This document shows positions 24,110 through 38,472 of a DNA stretch of 64,000 bases, one piece after another (positions within the stretch are counted from its first letter, which is position 1; each line of letters opens with the position of its first letter). The notes beneath the pieces are model-generated. The model ran no database searches. It was not told the DNA's origin and worked only from the letters and a program-made list of their open reading frames with translations. The stretch spans positions 62,001-126,000 of the forward strand of contig KZ537956.1 in the NCBI GenBank assembly GCA_000934665.2, written 5' to 3'. This DNA comes from Catajapyx aquilonaris (taxonomy: Eukaryota). Made by a program: the position numbers and the translations under genes.

Positions 24110-27100
24110 GGGGCCCCCAGGTATGGGCTTGCAATCTGAAATATTTAATACTGTATTTAAACATATATGGCCTCATGTATCGACGTACAAAAATTGTGCT
24201 TTTTTTACGTGCGTGAATTTTGTAATATTCAAGCACACGCGGTCGTCATTGTTGTTTTTGGCTACAAAACAGTGTGTAAATACAGCACGAAGCCTAACAT
24301 TTTCTGCTTATTATAATATGAAAATGAGCATAATTTTTTTAAAGCGGTTGTTCTTCATCCTGCAAAACCGGCGGTTGAAGGTACAGAGAAAAGGGCCCGA
24401 TTTTTTTTATTCCGGCCGTAGTCGCACATAAGTCATTCTAAAGTGTCGGTTGAAGTGGATTGTTCACACGGTCCTACTGGCAGGCCGATACAAGTGGAGG
24501 ATATAGGCCATTATTTATCAGATGTGTTCCAAATCGGCGTCTCCCCGGCCAAGTGATGCCCAGTCGCAACAAAGTCGATCCGACTTTAACTTGCTCGTCA
24601 CGACGCACATTTCAAAGCGAGCTAAACGATGCAGCAATGATCCCTGGAGCAGGTCCAGTGAGGCACGGCAATCAAGCAGCATCAGGAGGGGTTTTTCCCT
24701 AGCAGGAAACTCCAGCTACTTGATGCCAACTACTGATACCATTCCGTCCCCCTCCATGCCTTCAATCTGCTCTTGTTCCCAAATCCCCAAGGGAAAGGAC
24801 CCATAGATTGGAGGAAGACGAAGCCCACCCTGAGCTGCAGGAATCTCTCCCCACCCACCCAGCAGCACACACACCCCTGCAACTTAGGACAGAAAAATAA
24901 ACGATCCACGTCCCCAGCACTCCATCAACCAAGCCTCCCAGGGCTCAAAATTTAATATTTTCCGTCAGTACAGCAGGGGAACAAGGTTGGCCCACCCAAA
25001 GAGAAGTGTCCCCCCACTTTTCTGGGGATTCCACACACAACTCGATGGGTATAGTAGTTTGTGAGGACATGTTGGTATCAAGTTGCCAGCTCAGCGTGAC
25101 CGGCCAGCTTTTGCAGGCCCACAACGACATGGAACTGTTCTACACTCAAAATGTGGAACACACGATTCCCATTACCCTCTTCTGTGGTCGTCTGAGGGAT
25201 AACGTGGCGGAACAGCTCCTACAGACTGTGTCATTTACGAATTTTCCTCCGAGGGGCCTCGACCCAGCCATATAAAACACGCTAGAAGGACTGCAATTAC
25301 CAAACCCCCAGAATCACTGTATTTGTGTACGATGGGGGGTCGTACCACGTATTGACACCTGTATACTGATCATTCAAAACACAAGAAATGTGCACCATTT
25401 TACACACACAGCATAGCGAATAATAAATATTTTAAGCATTTGAAATAATTTTCAATGTAAGTTACCTAATTCAAATATTATTTGCCAGCCAGAGCTATAG
25501 TCAGTATTTTTATGCAGAGTGTATGGGATACCGTGTCCGGCGTACACACAACGCTAAAAAAATTTCCCTTTCACTAGAATGGACGAATGCAATGCGCTTT
25601 GCTAGAATGTCAGTCCAAACCGCAAATCACTCGATCGATTGTGGCCTGCACTATTGTGTGACACCGCGTTGTTGCACGCTAATCACATTTACACATGTAT
25701 GCTCGCAAACACACAATGTGGTGCCCATCACTACATAATACAAATTACTCCCCCAGAATTATATACTACATTTTATTAACAGTCAGCTCCGCCCATCTCT
25801 AGCAAAAAAAAAAAAATGTGCAAATTCAGCTCGTATCTACCCGGTCCAATGTTGGCACTGTCCGGCAGAAAATGCAAATGAGAAACCACGTCCCTGCGAC
25901 AATCTCGACTGTACACATTCCGTCGAATATCGTTCTCCGCCAGGCTCGCATGATTGAGCTGCGTGTCAATAGTATGATGTGTGATATTAATTCATAGCAC
26001 CCGGACCCCCCTTCCCTCCCCAGCCAAGCAAGCCCCTTCAAAATGAAGCAATAGAGCGCACGTACGGCCGTGTGTTGTGGCCAGCTGCAAGCACACACAG
26101 ACTCATCTGGGGGTCTGTTCACACCTGGAACAATAATCTGCATCTGTTTGTTTTTTTGGTCAGGATGAGCTCATCTGAAATATCACATAATTATTTTTAG
26201 GTGATACTAAGGAGCAAATATTTCCTGTTGTTTTGCCCTCAGCTTGTTAGGGAATGTCCCCCGTGGGTGTTTTCTTTTGAAGCACGACCACTCCACACAC
26301 CCGGAACTGTGATCTATGATCGGCTAGAAAATTGGACACCCCCAAAAGTGGGTCGCAAGGTGCTCGTTTTCCACAAAGCCAGTGCAAGACTCGGCCAATC
26401 CTGCTCCGAGTGGAGTGTAAGAATGGTTAAGGCTATCGATCGAGCATCCCCCATTTCACCAATAAATACTGCAGCTATTGATTAGTAGCCGGGCTTGAAA
26501 GAGTCGGAAGAGGGGGCGAAGCTGGGGCCAAAAGCACTTTTTTGTGTGTGAATACGAAGGTCCAAGGATTCCATCACAGCTCCAGGAATTAATCAAATGC
26601 CACTCCTCATTCCATCAGGTCATCAATGCAAGGAAACAGGCGCCCAAAACCTTTTTTATTCCCAACACTTCCCAAACTCATTCAATATATTCTGTTCCAC
26701 CGGGTCCTTTGAGCCTTGTAAGCGACGAGTGATTAGCTCCGATTAAAAGGGCAGGACCGTCACGAAGAGTCAGCTCGAGGTGATCAATAGTGTGTAACTA
26801 CCACACATCAAATTGTTATCTTCCGAAGCTGTTGGCAGCCCTGAGTCGCCCCCTCCGATAGTTTGATTCCAGTGAAAGGAGTCCCGGACTCCTTTCGAGG
26901 TAATGATATTCTTCGTGCCTGCCCTTTATTATTCCGCTCCATAATAGAAAGATAGTATTGCAAGGACCCCCCTCCCTCCCTCGGTCCTTCAGTTTGGCCC
27001 ATATCGATCCTCGATATGGGAAGCGGCCGGGTTTGCAGTTACAAGAATACAGCCATATCCTGACATAGTACCGTGTCGTAGTTACAAGGAAACGGCATGT

Positions 27101-27835
27101 CGGGCTAGAAAAAGAATGGGGATTATACCAGCAGAAATTGAAACCGATATTGGCAACATCGGGGGGAGCATTGCCCGCGTGAGGTCTCCCTCGGCGGTGG
27201 CAAAAATATGGAGTCGCCTTGTATCTCCCCATGACAGCTGACACACACACAGGCAACACACGCGCCATATTCAACCATGTAGGTGGCAGACACCAGCACG
27301 CGAACAGAGGAAATGGGACACTTGGGGCTTAGACAATATCCTCCCCTCGCCCCCCCTCGCCTGGTCATTCCCCCTCCCCCACCTCATTCTCTTCAAACTG
27401 ACCCCAACCACCCACACAACCCAGCATGGGGTCACAGGTAACGACCCATTACTGCTTTGGCCCTGCACGAACATGCTGATTAGTAACTCGCAGAATATGT
27501 GCAGATAGTGAAGCCCGCACTAACTGAAATCATGCACCAAACTGTGTTAATAATGGACATAACCAAGTTAGGGTGTTCAATTCCGCTGTTCCCATCAGAC
27601 GCAATTTTTTGCCATGTTCGGCAAAGGAAAATGTTTATTTTGTTCCCCCTTTTTTCCTTTATTCGAATGTGGTCGGTGGGGACCAAAAACTTCTTTTCTT
27701 TGAGCCATGTGAGCAATTTGCTACGCCGGATTAGATCCATTCTATAGGAGCGACTCCCAACCACCTACATTCTTTTCTCAAATTACATGCGCAGTCCTTC
27801 CCCAGGAGAGGATTACAAGCCAACCATTTTTTTCC

Positions 27836-27856
27836 CTTCTTCTTCTTCTTCTTCTT
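27836..27856. repeat. (CTT)7 microsatellite
   Basis: Read directly from the sequence. Confidence 0.9.
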
Positions 27857-29895
27857 TTTCCCCCTCCACCCTTCTTTTCTTGTAGAACTTGTGCAGGCTT
27901 CTCCCCTTCCCGCGCCTTCTCAAACATAAAAACAGTTGACGGGTTGTTCGTGTTTCTGCTTTTCGGAAGGTCCCAAAGGGATCGTGATGTCATGTTTCGT
28001 CACCAGTGTCGTTTGCTGATTTTGGAATCCACAGGATCGGTATAAAAAAACGCGGTTCAATCACAGCTCACTTTGCAGGCTGACTCAGAATTGATGGCAG
28101 CTGGTCAGCCCCAACAGAGGGGCGTGAACCCTCCGGAATTTGGTCTACACAGGCTGGCTGCGGTCACACACTCCCCGAGACGTATCAGTTCACGTCACCC
28201 CAACACACGGAACCGATTCGTCTTGCCCAAATATTCCCGAGACAACAGGGCTTCTCTTGTACAATTGCATCGGACTTGATGGGGGGCTTTTCCCTCCCTT
28301 TGTGTACTAACACACCAGATATGAGCATGATCCCATCCAATTTTGATGAAACTACTAGTTGTTCCAATAAAGCCTGATTACAAGGGCAGATACGGACCAC
28401 GCGGTGACTATTCGCGAATGTATTTGCTCCAAGATACTGTACCGACGATTGTAATTTCGATAAGAAGTTGCAGCCTACTATCACCGAATCAATTGCAGGG
28501 AATAAGATCTTGGCCAGTCCAACTTGAATGGCATGCCGAACTATTCCGCTTATCTGCACACTATCGCTTAATAAGTTTCCTGAATAGGATCGGCCCTGTC
28601 CAAAATCGCTGCGAAATGCATGAACAGCAGGGGGGGGTCAAAAGTGGCAACAGTTTGACTCAACCCCGGTACAGGAAGTCGCAGTCATCCTCGAAAAAAG
28701 GAGAAAGAAACACAAAAAAATGCTGCAGTTGTGAGATGCCAGAGTGTCGTATAAATAATGGTCGCGATTCCACCAGTGTTCGGCTTCATAAATCCTGGCC
28801 GGGAGGATGTTTGGCACTAAACCTGAGTCCCGTCAGAATCCACCTTTTATTCTGGACTTTGGAAGAAGGAAATTTATGGCTGAGGCAAGCCAAGACTTCT
28901 AAGCCACGCAGAATGCCCACCTACCCATAAAAGGCCAGGTCGTGCCTCCTAGGTATTTGGTCAAGGGAAATCAACCGTACACATAACAATCGATAAAAAG
29001 GCCAGGCACAAACGACGGAGAAATACCGTTCATGTTTTAGCCCCCACAATTCGCAGATTTCTGCTCAACTTCCAGTTGTTTGTCTCAAGTCCCCTGCAAA
29101 GAACCGCTCTTTTTCTTCGGCTTAAAAAATCGACGACTATCGGCTCAAAATTCCATTCAATTCTGCGTACCTGACCGAACTGTTAACTAGCGCTATTCAA
29201 ACGGACCTGAACCGGGATCTATGCAAATATCATGCCTCCCCCGCCAGTGACAAAGTCGCAAAAAGCGGAAATAAAAAGCAAGCGAGTGCTTTTGAAAGAG
29301 TGATGGGCTCGGAATGACCACAACCACGGGAGCGGTCAATGAAAATGAAGAGCTCTGGGAAACTTCTGTATTATTCAAGTGGGTTGAAAATACCGCCTAG
29401 ATCTGGCTGGTCGCCACCTTTTCCCCCGAATTTTTTCCCCCGACACTCCGACATGGGACAGCCAAGAAAAATTAATGACCCGACCGGCCATTGTGACCCC
29501 CCCGGAATAATGCGTTGCTTTGACTAGTGTCGCAGAGGTGTCGTCAGTTCCTTCAGAAAATTCTGCTGGAGGGGAAGGACCCAGCACAAAATAAATTGGG
29601 CAGGCCTCAGTTACATCTGAGGCCCGGAACCACCTCCTGTCGAGGTTTTCTGGGGAGTATCCCGATGGAGGGGATGGGGCCATTTGTTCCAGAAAAGGTC
29701 CCTCTTTTGCCACTCCGGAAAGCGCTCACACACGTCCCTACCAACTGTCGTTCCCTGATTTATCACCCACTCTTTTATTACCAGCCGTTTATCAATCACA
29801 GGAGCCGCAACTTTCCGGTAAAGATAACTCCGTATGACACTACCAGTGCGCGGTACAACCTCTCCGGAACGTGGCATCGGCACCAAAGCACTTAC

Positions 29896-30075
29896 TTGGG
29901 CCTGGCTCCAAAACGTGCGTCGCATAGGAACTCCCATCACTGAATCCAAAAAAACCGAACTGAACAAAAAGAAACACACGCGCACAACACCAAGTTTCAC
30001 ACACAATGAATAAGTTAAGTGTCCCGGAGTAGTGTGTCCGGAGCTGCCTCCCGGAACGCTCCCCGCTCGCCGACT
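29896..30075 (-). other. Candidate non-coding first exon of Plexin-B
   Basis: Begins at an Inr-like TCAGTC, has a GT/TG-rich UTR-like body, and ends at donor CAA|GTAAGT (GT at 29895-29894). Confidence 0.5.
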
Positions 30076-30250
30076 GAGCTCCGACTGCAGAGAGCAGACT
30101 CGACCTTCCTAGGGCGGCCCCAGAGAGCGCCTGCGCCCCCCCACCCCCTGTAAGGTCCAGAGTCCCCCGCTGGAGTAATGGCTTGTTGGGCCTTAACAAC
30201 CCGCGTCAGCCAGCACGGTTCATCGCTCGGAGGGCCCCTCCGCCACTTTC
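30060..30250 (-). promoter_or_regulatory. Candidate core promoter (Inr TCAGTC at 30077-30072 within a GC/CpG-rich patch)
   Basis: Matches the arthropod Inr consensus TCAKTY. Locally GC-rich and CpG-dense, with GGGGGGGCGC upstream and a strong donor about 180 nt downstream. No DPE at +28 to +33. Confidence 0.45.
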
Positions 30251-33200
30251 GATGGTCACTTCAAAAAACCTGGCCCAGGATGACGCCAAGCCGGTGCTGC
30301 CCTCTCACGATGGCTCACCATTGGTTAGAGCGGGGGGTTGCCAATCCGTTCGGAAAACTGTGCTTATTCCTAGTCGTCGGAGCGTCACCAGTGTCACGAG
30401 GTGACAAATTACATCGGAGGGACGGGCATGATGGGGAGGGTTTTTGTGCAGGGACTATCGGTCCTTTGGGCCCACAAAAGCGGGGGTGGGCGCGGGGGCA
30501 CACGGGGGTCAATGGGGGGACAGATCCGGAACCAACCCCCCCATGGCCGGATTGTTCTCCAGGGTTTTCCACTGTTTCCCATTGTTTGCCCACCTCTGCC
30601 TGTCACACTGGGGGCCAAGAGGGGCGCGACTTCAAACACCCGCCAACAAAGGAACTTCGCACCTGCGTCAAATGGTCCATGGAGCAAAACCCCCTTCCTT
30701 CGCTTTTCCCAGGGTTAGAATTCTTGGAAATACGAGACGCGCCCAATTCCAAGGGGGGTCCGGGAGTCTGTTTGCGGCCAGGTGTGGAAAGGTAATTCTC
30801 CCAAGTGCGGAGGCTTGTTTGGAGAGCAACATGAGACGGGCCAACTTCCTTCCAAGGCGGACCCCCCCTCCAATTTTTTGGAGGTTTATTTCCCACACTT
30901 CTTCCCCAGTTAACGACAGAAGCTAGTCGCCAAGTCCTGAGAAATGGACCTGACGACAACTATCCGCGTAATTTGTATCAGGAAAACAATGGCGGCGACC
31001 TATCAACGTCTGGCTCTCTTTTGAGAGCGCCACGTTCCACGCTAACGACGCGTTTTGTTCCCGGAGCGCCATTATGATGGAAAAAAGATGCTGGGCAGGG
31101 AGAAATGCCGAGTGCCAGACTTTGGGTTTTCCGTGAGAAGGAGGACCTGAAAAGCACCTTCGCGTCACGGAACAACAGAGGCATCCATGACACATGGCGT
31201 AGGAAATAAAAGGAGCTTCCGGTAGTAGTTGCGAACTCGGTAGCAGACGTCTCTTCGTATAATGTTTGTCCCGGAGGAGGCCTCCAGCACAAATGAAAGG
31301 AAACTTTCTCAAGATTCATTTTTTTCTCTCTCCTTCTTCTCCGGGAGTCAAAATCCTCCAGGCCTGCTCAACTGTTCCTAAAGTTGGCAGGGAGAAAATG
31401 GGTCACCATATTTTGCTCTCGGGGCAGGACACTTTCAAAAAAATGGGGGTTGGGAACAGATAGCGTTTCAATGAGTAATTGCAAAAGTCCCTATCATGGG
31501 ACTTTGATTTCGGGCTTCAGGAAAAAAGGGAGCTACTAATGCATCCTTGTATACCAGACATTTTTTATTGCTTTCAGATTGGATGCTGCACCCTTGAGAG
31601 CACAAACCATTATCAGCATATGACATATTTTCCCAGAAAAATTCGTGTGCGTGGCGCGTATCCAGTAAATTTGTTTAAACAGCCAAGAACATTCAACCTC
31701 TGCATTAGTTTATAACATGTGACGGCCACCACATTGTAAATAATGAGTGGCCTATTGATCGGGCGTATCTGATCAATAATTGTCTGCTACAACTGATGTC
31801 CTCCGGTGAAACACATACCGGTTAACGTCACGTTCACCTCCGCCGACCCAAAATTATTTCAGGGTAGGTGGTGCCCTGTCCAGCAACTAATCACCCCCCA
31901 GTGCACAACACAGATGTAAATCAAACTTATTTTTCACTCCCTCTAATTCCCAGTAAACATTCGGGTTGTCCCACATATTGCCTGCTGTATTTGTACGTTG
32001 CACATATCAAGACCTGAGACATTCATGCGTGATGGACATGCATGTAACCAGAGGGGTCAATGGACAGCCACGCACAAGGTTCATATAACGGTGGGGGCCA
32101 GTGACCTCCAACGGTTGCCCTCGACCTAGGATCACCACTCGAGCAATTCAATTTTTTGAAAAGAAAAAAAACCTCGACAATAGTGGGAAAAGCGGCGTAG
32201 GCTGTGCCAAAAGAGCCCCTGGCAGAAGCGGTCACGCAAAGGTTGGTGCTGGGGAGGGTTGCTGGGGGAGAAGCACGATCATTGATCAGCCCAAACGCGT
32301 AGTGGTGAGCATGCCGGCACGTTAACAAATATTTATTACCCCGCCTGCTTTTTTGTTCACGAATAAAAAAAGCGATTCTTATGATCAAGGGCATCATCAT
32401 TCCATTGTCGCTGTCTAATTTCGCTAAATCGCGCTGGAAGTGATATTTTTCGACACATTCGGTCACACCATGTACCCAAAAAAATGAAGTTATGTCGCGT
32501 GACCACCCCGGCCACGCTCAAGAGGTGACGTTTTTCCCCTTCATTAAAGATTCTTTGTAACGTCCTACCAGGCCTTGCAAAAGATATTAATGGTCCAAGG
32601 AAGCGGAGAGTACAGGTGGAATTTTGCCAACTTGATGGAGTGAGCGCGCCCACGTGAGCCGTACCGCCACCTGGACTTTATCATTTTTTCGGGGGGTCTA
32701 AAAAGGTATCACACTTCCTACCTCCCTGCTATCAATCACGCCCCGCTTTTGTGTTCCGCTATCCACCAACGCCATATTAATGCCTCTTGTTACCTGCCCT
32801 GGCAACTGCGGAAAAACGGATAAGCTTTTATCTGATTCAGACTTTGGCTCGTATCCTGATTGTATATGCAACCTCTCCACCTCCTTTGCTCGCCCTCCAT
32901 CTAACTCCCAGGAGTAACCGGAATTATTCGGGTTAAAAAAAAACAGGGTTTCTCAAATCCAGCCCCGAAGCTCTTCTCCCTATCTCGTCCAGCAGATTAG
33001 ATTCGTTTTATTGATTATCCGTATCCTCCGGGCTACAAGGAGTGCTGAGTTCCTTATATACAAACCAAGGAAAAGGCTGGTCTAAAGTAGGTCTACAACA
33101 ATGCTATGAATTATTACTGAGTTTGCTGGAAAAAAAAGTTTTCTTTCCGCGTGTGGCCGGAATAATGAGAAGTGTTTGAGAGCGACAGCTGTCATGTAAG

Positions 33201-36200
33201 GGCGCGTTATTTGCAAATCCTTTGCGGAGGAAGAAAACAGTGGGGGAAAAGCCCTTAAGCCCAACTGTATGTCAACACCGGACAGGTTTGAAAGAATTAA
33301 GTGCAAGATAAACGATCCGCACACCCAACCCCCATTCAAAAAAAAAATGGCATAGTCTTACTCCGAGCCTTTGAAAAAACAAACACAATCCTCCACAAAA
33401 GCCTGGTAGGAAGTGTCGAGCTGGGACATATTCTCCCGGATAAAGTTTGTCACCTTGCCTATATGACGACTGGATTTTTGCACCTGTCAACCGTGGCAAA
33501 GCCTGTGAAATATTTCAGTCCAGTTCCAGCATCCCACCCCTTGTTTTTTGACTAGCATTATGGCCGGCTCAGAGAGATGCCAGGACTAGACTCATCCCCC
33601 TCTGTCAGCCCATTTTTTCCGCCTTTTCCCCTCTCTCCCGATCCACGGATCAATAAGGAGGATCACAGAAACTAGAGAGGGGAGAACACGGGATCTAACC
33701 GCGGTGTTGTCACTGTCAAGAAAACCCGTCTCTGGTGACGAGGCAACTCTCTGGGCATAATCCCCTTTCCAGCCTCCATGTCCTGGGTTATCATCGAATA
33801 TTTGCAGTCTGCCCCACTTGTAGAGCCGGGCCCACTAGTCCTCACCAGACACGTGTGCGTGTGTGTTCAGTTTACATCTTGGCCCAAACTGTCTCGAAAC
33901 ATGTGGGGTAGGTCAGGGATATGTAAACTCTAGGCAGCCGGGGCCAGACGACAGATCCCCGTTGACTTGTGCGCTCCTCACACTTGGGCCTGTCAGCACA
34001 GGCTTTCAGTGTTGACTCTTCCCATGAATGGCTGTTATCGCTCTACTTCGAGTGTACACAAAAGAAAGCAAAGTACCAGCAAATTGTGGCAATTTTCATC
34101 GAATTATGTTTCTACGCGGGACTACTTTGGCCGAAGTGCACCGTCCTCCCTTCCCCCTGTGGCGGATGGATATTTACAGAAGTAGTCCCCGGTGAAGCGG
34201 ATGCACCTTTTTATTTATTATTTATTTATTTATATTAAACCAGCAGTGCGATTGGAGAGGCGGTGTGGCCTTAGCATGGTTTTGCGAGGAATCATATAGA
34301 CACTGAGAATCTACTAAATGTTTTACTAGGAGCTAAATTCGGCCTCTTCCCCAGTTTTGGCCCCTGCAGCCTCCATTTCAGGGCTGGGGATTACCGCGCG
34401 TCTGCAAACGTCGTTTCTGGATCTTTTTACATTTGGGGTCATTAGGACGGTTTTCCTGCAGCGGAAAGGGCTGGAGACCATTATCTTCCTTATATGCAGA
34501 GTGGAATAATTATCTCGGGGAAGAACCAAGAGGGGCGTTGGTGCAGCAGTAGCCTCTTCTTTGGTGGGCATCTGGTGCCCGCAGAACCGCAGAACTTGGG
34601 CACTAACGTTGCTCGGGAGCCAGAGGAAGTTAAATTGACCATGAATCATAGTCATGACCTGCACTCTCTCTCTCTAGGCTAATCCACATGAATTTAAGCC
34701 TTTAAATGAGGGGGATCAATCACTCTGGAAGGGGAAAGCATGTTGTCCAGAGTACGCGCGGAATTTTCATTTGTTTAGGAGAGATAAATTTAGTAACGGA
34801 ATTGTTGTGCTTTCCGCTAGTTCCGAGTCAAAAAAGTCCTCCATTTCCTGACAGCTAATTAGGAAAAAAATTCCACTGTCTTGGAAGCGGAAACAAGCTC
34901 AGCTTCAACATCTGTTATCAGGAAAAGAAAGAAAAAAGCCGAGGCCTAAATACCAACGTCTGATGGAAATCCAGTCTAAATATATTAATTACATCCCATC
35001 ATGTACCGTTGCTTCCCCGAGTCTTGTATCAGCCGGAATATTTTGCCTGCATAGAATCATAGTGCTAGAACCCCCTGCCTTGTGACACAACCGTCCACTA
35101 AAGCTGACAAGTCAAGAGCAGCAAACCCAAACCCGTGACACTCCCTGTTCCAATTAGAGCAGAGGAAGTCTGCGGGTCGAGTGACGTGCTTTCCCACTAG
35201 CTCCAAACGACGAGGTGTCACACCCGAAATGGGACTCAAGTTCCTGGAAGGATGTATGTCACCAGACGGGAGAAGAGGAGGGGGCACACATACACACGCA
35301 AACTTTTAATCTGAAACACTTCCAGGAATTTTACCATGCGGATGTGCAACCGCCAAAAGATACGCCCCGCATATTTATAATCCGCGACTATAGCTTCCCA
35401 AGGACGCGCCTATTGTTGGCTAAAAACAACGGTGACACTATTGAACATACTCGCAGCAGCGTCAACATGGAAATCCCCTGCCATATCAGGAGCGATAAAA
35501 CACGCTGGCACACATATAACCCAACCAAAGGATTCGGACAGGTTTAGTGACCACTCTGGGATATCTACCACATACAAATGAGTGACCTCCAGAGTTGACC
35601 CTGCGACCGAACTATCAGTAGGCCCGAAATTTTGGGGTAGTATGCATCCGCGATTAGATCCAGAGAGCCCAGCGCCTGTTTATGATATTTGAAAGCTAAT
35701 TTGTGTCCCGAGAACTATAGGGAAATAACCCCGGCCGATTTATCCCTCCTACGGCTCGTGACGACGGGCAATTGCTCGATTATGGTAATTAGCCCGCAGC
35801 CAAGTTATGAACGATTTTTCATAATTATCCTCGTGTTAATCGTTGTGCTCATTTTCCAACCGGGGCCCAATAGTAAGCTTTATTCCCTTTATTTACTGTT
35901 GCGCTTCATCAGCGCTCTTCAAACACACGGAAAAGAGTCCTCCAAAATATGCGGGCTAGATCCAATGTCAACAGAAGGCTGTTACATTTCCTGCACAAAG
36001 GCAGTGTGTGACAAATCAATTAACGTGAATGAAAGCAACAATATGTTCGGCTGCTACACTCGACACTCCAATTTTATGCCAACGCTCTACCCAAAAACCC
36101 GATAGTCGCTACTACTATAGTGCACCCACCGGCCTATAAAGAGGCTTCATTAATTCTCGTCTATCTTTAATCTGACCCTTAATCCCTCCATATATCCCCT

Positions 36201-38378
36201 AACCGCACACCTTTCCTCTCAACCACGATGAAGCTATCTGGTTGTAAAGTCTTTTAAATCCTCCCCTCCCCGGGTAATCCCACATGGACATTAAACCACC
36301 CGCCCAGATTACCTCCAAAGTCAATTATTATTCAAAGAGTACGCCCGGGAAATCTTTAGGATTCCCAGCATCCTCTCCATCGATTTTGGCTTCTGGTATC
36401 CCGTGGGTTTGGGGGAGGACTTGTGGCATCTTCTGCCCCTTGGTCGGTGTCTGTCATAGGGGTCCTGCTATCACTTCATTAGACCAGGTCCATGTCCTGA
36501 AAACTGGTAGATATTTACAGATTTTGTCTGACGAATGGCTGTTGGGAATCGATGTGCCTCGGCCCCAAAGGGCTTTTTCCGGAGAGGACAAGTGGCTGGA
36601 GATACCGGAGAAGCCACCGGAGACACTTGAATGGCTCTTGATTGGAGCGAAACTCTCTTGGAGACTCTAGTGGTTTTGGTGGCACCGTGTTGTGACACGC
36701 ACGTGTCAAGGTTAGGAACAAAATGACGTTCCGCTTTTATTATTTCTTATTCCGGGAGGTCGCGGCAGTTTGACCCTTTTGGGGCGATAAAATCGTGGAG
36801 CGCTAACAACGCGCCTCTTTCATCCGCTATTTTTTGCGTCGTGGTAAAAATTTTTTGTATGCGTCTTACTAACTCCTAAAAATAACTGCTGTGAAGCAAC
36901 CCCACTGTACAGTATAGATAGGGAAGGAGCAGACGGTGTAAACAACCCGGCATTGCGATATCATGATATAAAATCTGGGTAATATTATCGAAAGTGAAAC
37001 AACAAGTCGACAAAGTCAACAAGATGAGGAAGTGGTGTATCCCATTTCCGTGAGACTGTACAGCCATGTCTCATCCGGCAGCTGGATCCAAACTTTGGGA
37101 GAGAGCAACACTGGATAAAAGTGTTCACCTCCTCGTCTATCTCCTCGTCTGTCGGTTGAAAGCAAACTGGACGTCAGTGTTGTCTACTGAGGGAACATAT
37201 TGACCATCTCCAGGAAGAGAAAGGAAAAGATGGGGTCGGAAGGAGAACGACCACATGAATCAAGCTGGAATTGCAAAGTACACAAGAGACTCGGCTCTAT
37301 GCTGGCAAAGTTGGGGGGGCAGGAAGGATAGGATAGTGTCAACAGCAAATTCAGCATCCGCATGTCGACTGTACCGCGACAAATCGCAGGATGTGAACTC
37401 CCACAACAATGACATCCAGATGCTTCAGATTGACTCATTTTTGCCACCTAATGATCCTCTGCTCTGAACCTATCTCTCTCTCGCTCCCTTTCTCCTTCTG
37501 GCAGCAACAAGCCGAGTGTACTCGAAACTGAAACCTCGTTGTCTCCAGCCCTGCCTCTGGAGGAGCCATAATTCTGGCAGGCGGGTTGTCGAGTGGGACG
37601 TTTCTTGACGCGGATCGTTGGCCCTCCAATTAGACTGGAGATGACAGACGGATGGCCTCTCGTCCACCAGATGGACGGACAGCCCCGAGTGCGGAACACA
37701 GGAAGCATGTCACCCGATCACACACACTCCCCAAGATGGCCGCGGCTGTTTCCTTTTTCCCCGAGAGCAGAAGCCTCTGATGGCTACTAAGAAACCGACA
37801 CCTCGGCCAAAGTGAGCGAATTTCCTCGAACAATGTGACTAGCCTTTTCTCCAAACATACTCGCACAATGGCAAGAGGGGAGCTTAAGTTTCTATCCGAA
37901 AAAGGGGCTGGCTGCATAGAAATTCCTAAGAACCTATTGAATGGCTTGTCTGAGAGGGGGGGTTGCTTCTAGACAAGAAATATAATCCAGTAGAAAACCT
38001 CCCTCCCAGGTCCACGCATCAAGATCCCGCTAATGGTCCAAGTTACACACAAAGATTTTTGGAGGCAGTTGTCGGAAAGCCTGTGTTCCGAGGGCTGACG
38101 GGTGTTTGGCAGCTGCCCTCGTTTCCAGGGGCCGGAGCACAGAAAAGGGCCTCTCTTGTTGTCTGACCCCTCTCCAGCTAGGGGTAAGGGCCGGCAGTAC
38201 CCAAACTATGCGGATGGATGGGGGGAAATCACTCCCTCAGACCCACAAGAAAAGGGACCACCGACTGGCAGGCTCTCATTTGGTCTCACAATAGATCCAG
38301 AAGGGATGCTGCGTGCGTTGCCCACCGACTACAATTCTAGCCATATAATATTAAGGTCGTCAGAGTCAGTATACTTAC

Positions 38379-38472
38379 CGAGGATGATTCCAGTTGTTTT
38401 TCACCATGTTAAGGACATGTCCAATGTTCGCTCGAGTCTCGTAGTTGACTAGTCACACCAATAGACATTTAC
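38379..38472 (-). other. Candidate recursive splice site plus 94-nt RS-exon
   Basis: TTTTTTTTCTAACAGAACCTGCTTGTCCTTTCAG|GTAAAT: a branch-like CTAAC, a pyrimidine tract and an AG immediately followed by a donor-like GTAAAT. A second donor CCTCG|GTAAGT lies 94 nt on. Confidence 0.5.

Noticed and set aside
28321..28530. Possible LINE ORF2 remnant (LFANVFA...)
   Set aside because: Similarity is too short and no RT or endonuclease motifs are nearby.
30178..30959. Several overlapping ORFs on both strands
   Set aside because: Explained by local GC richness next to the candidate promoter.
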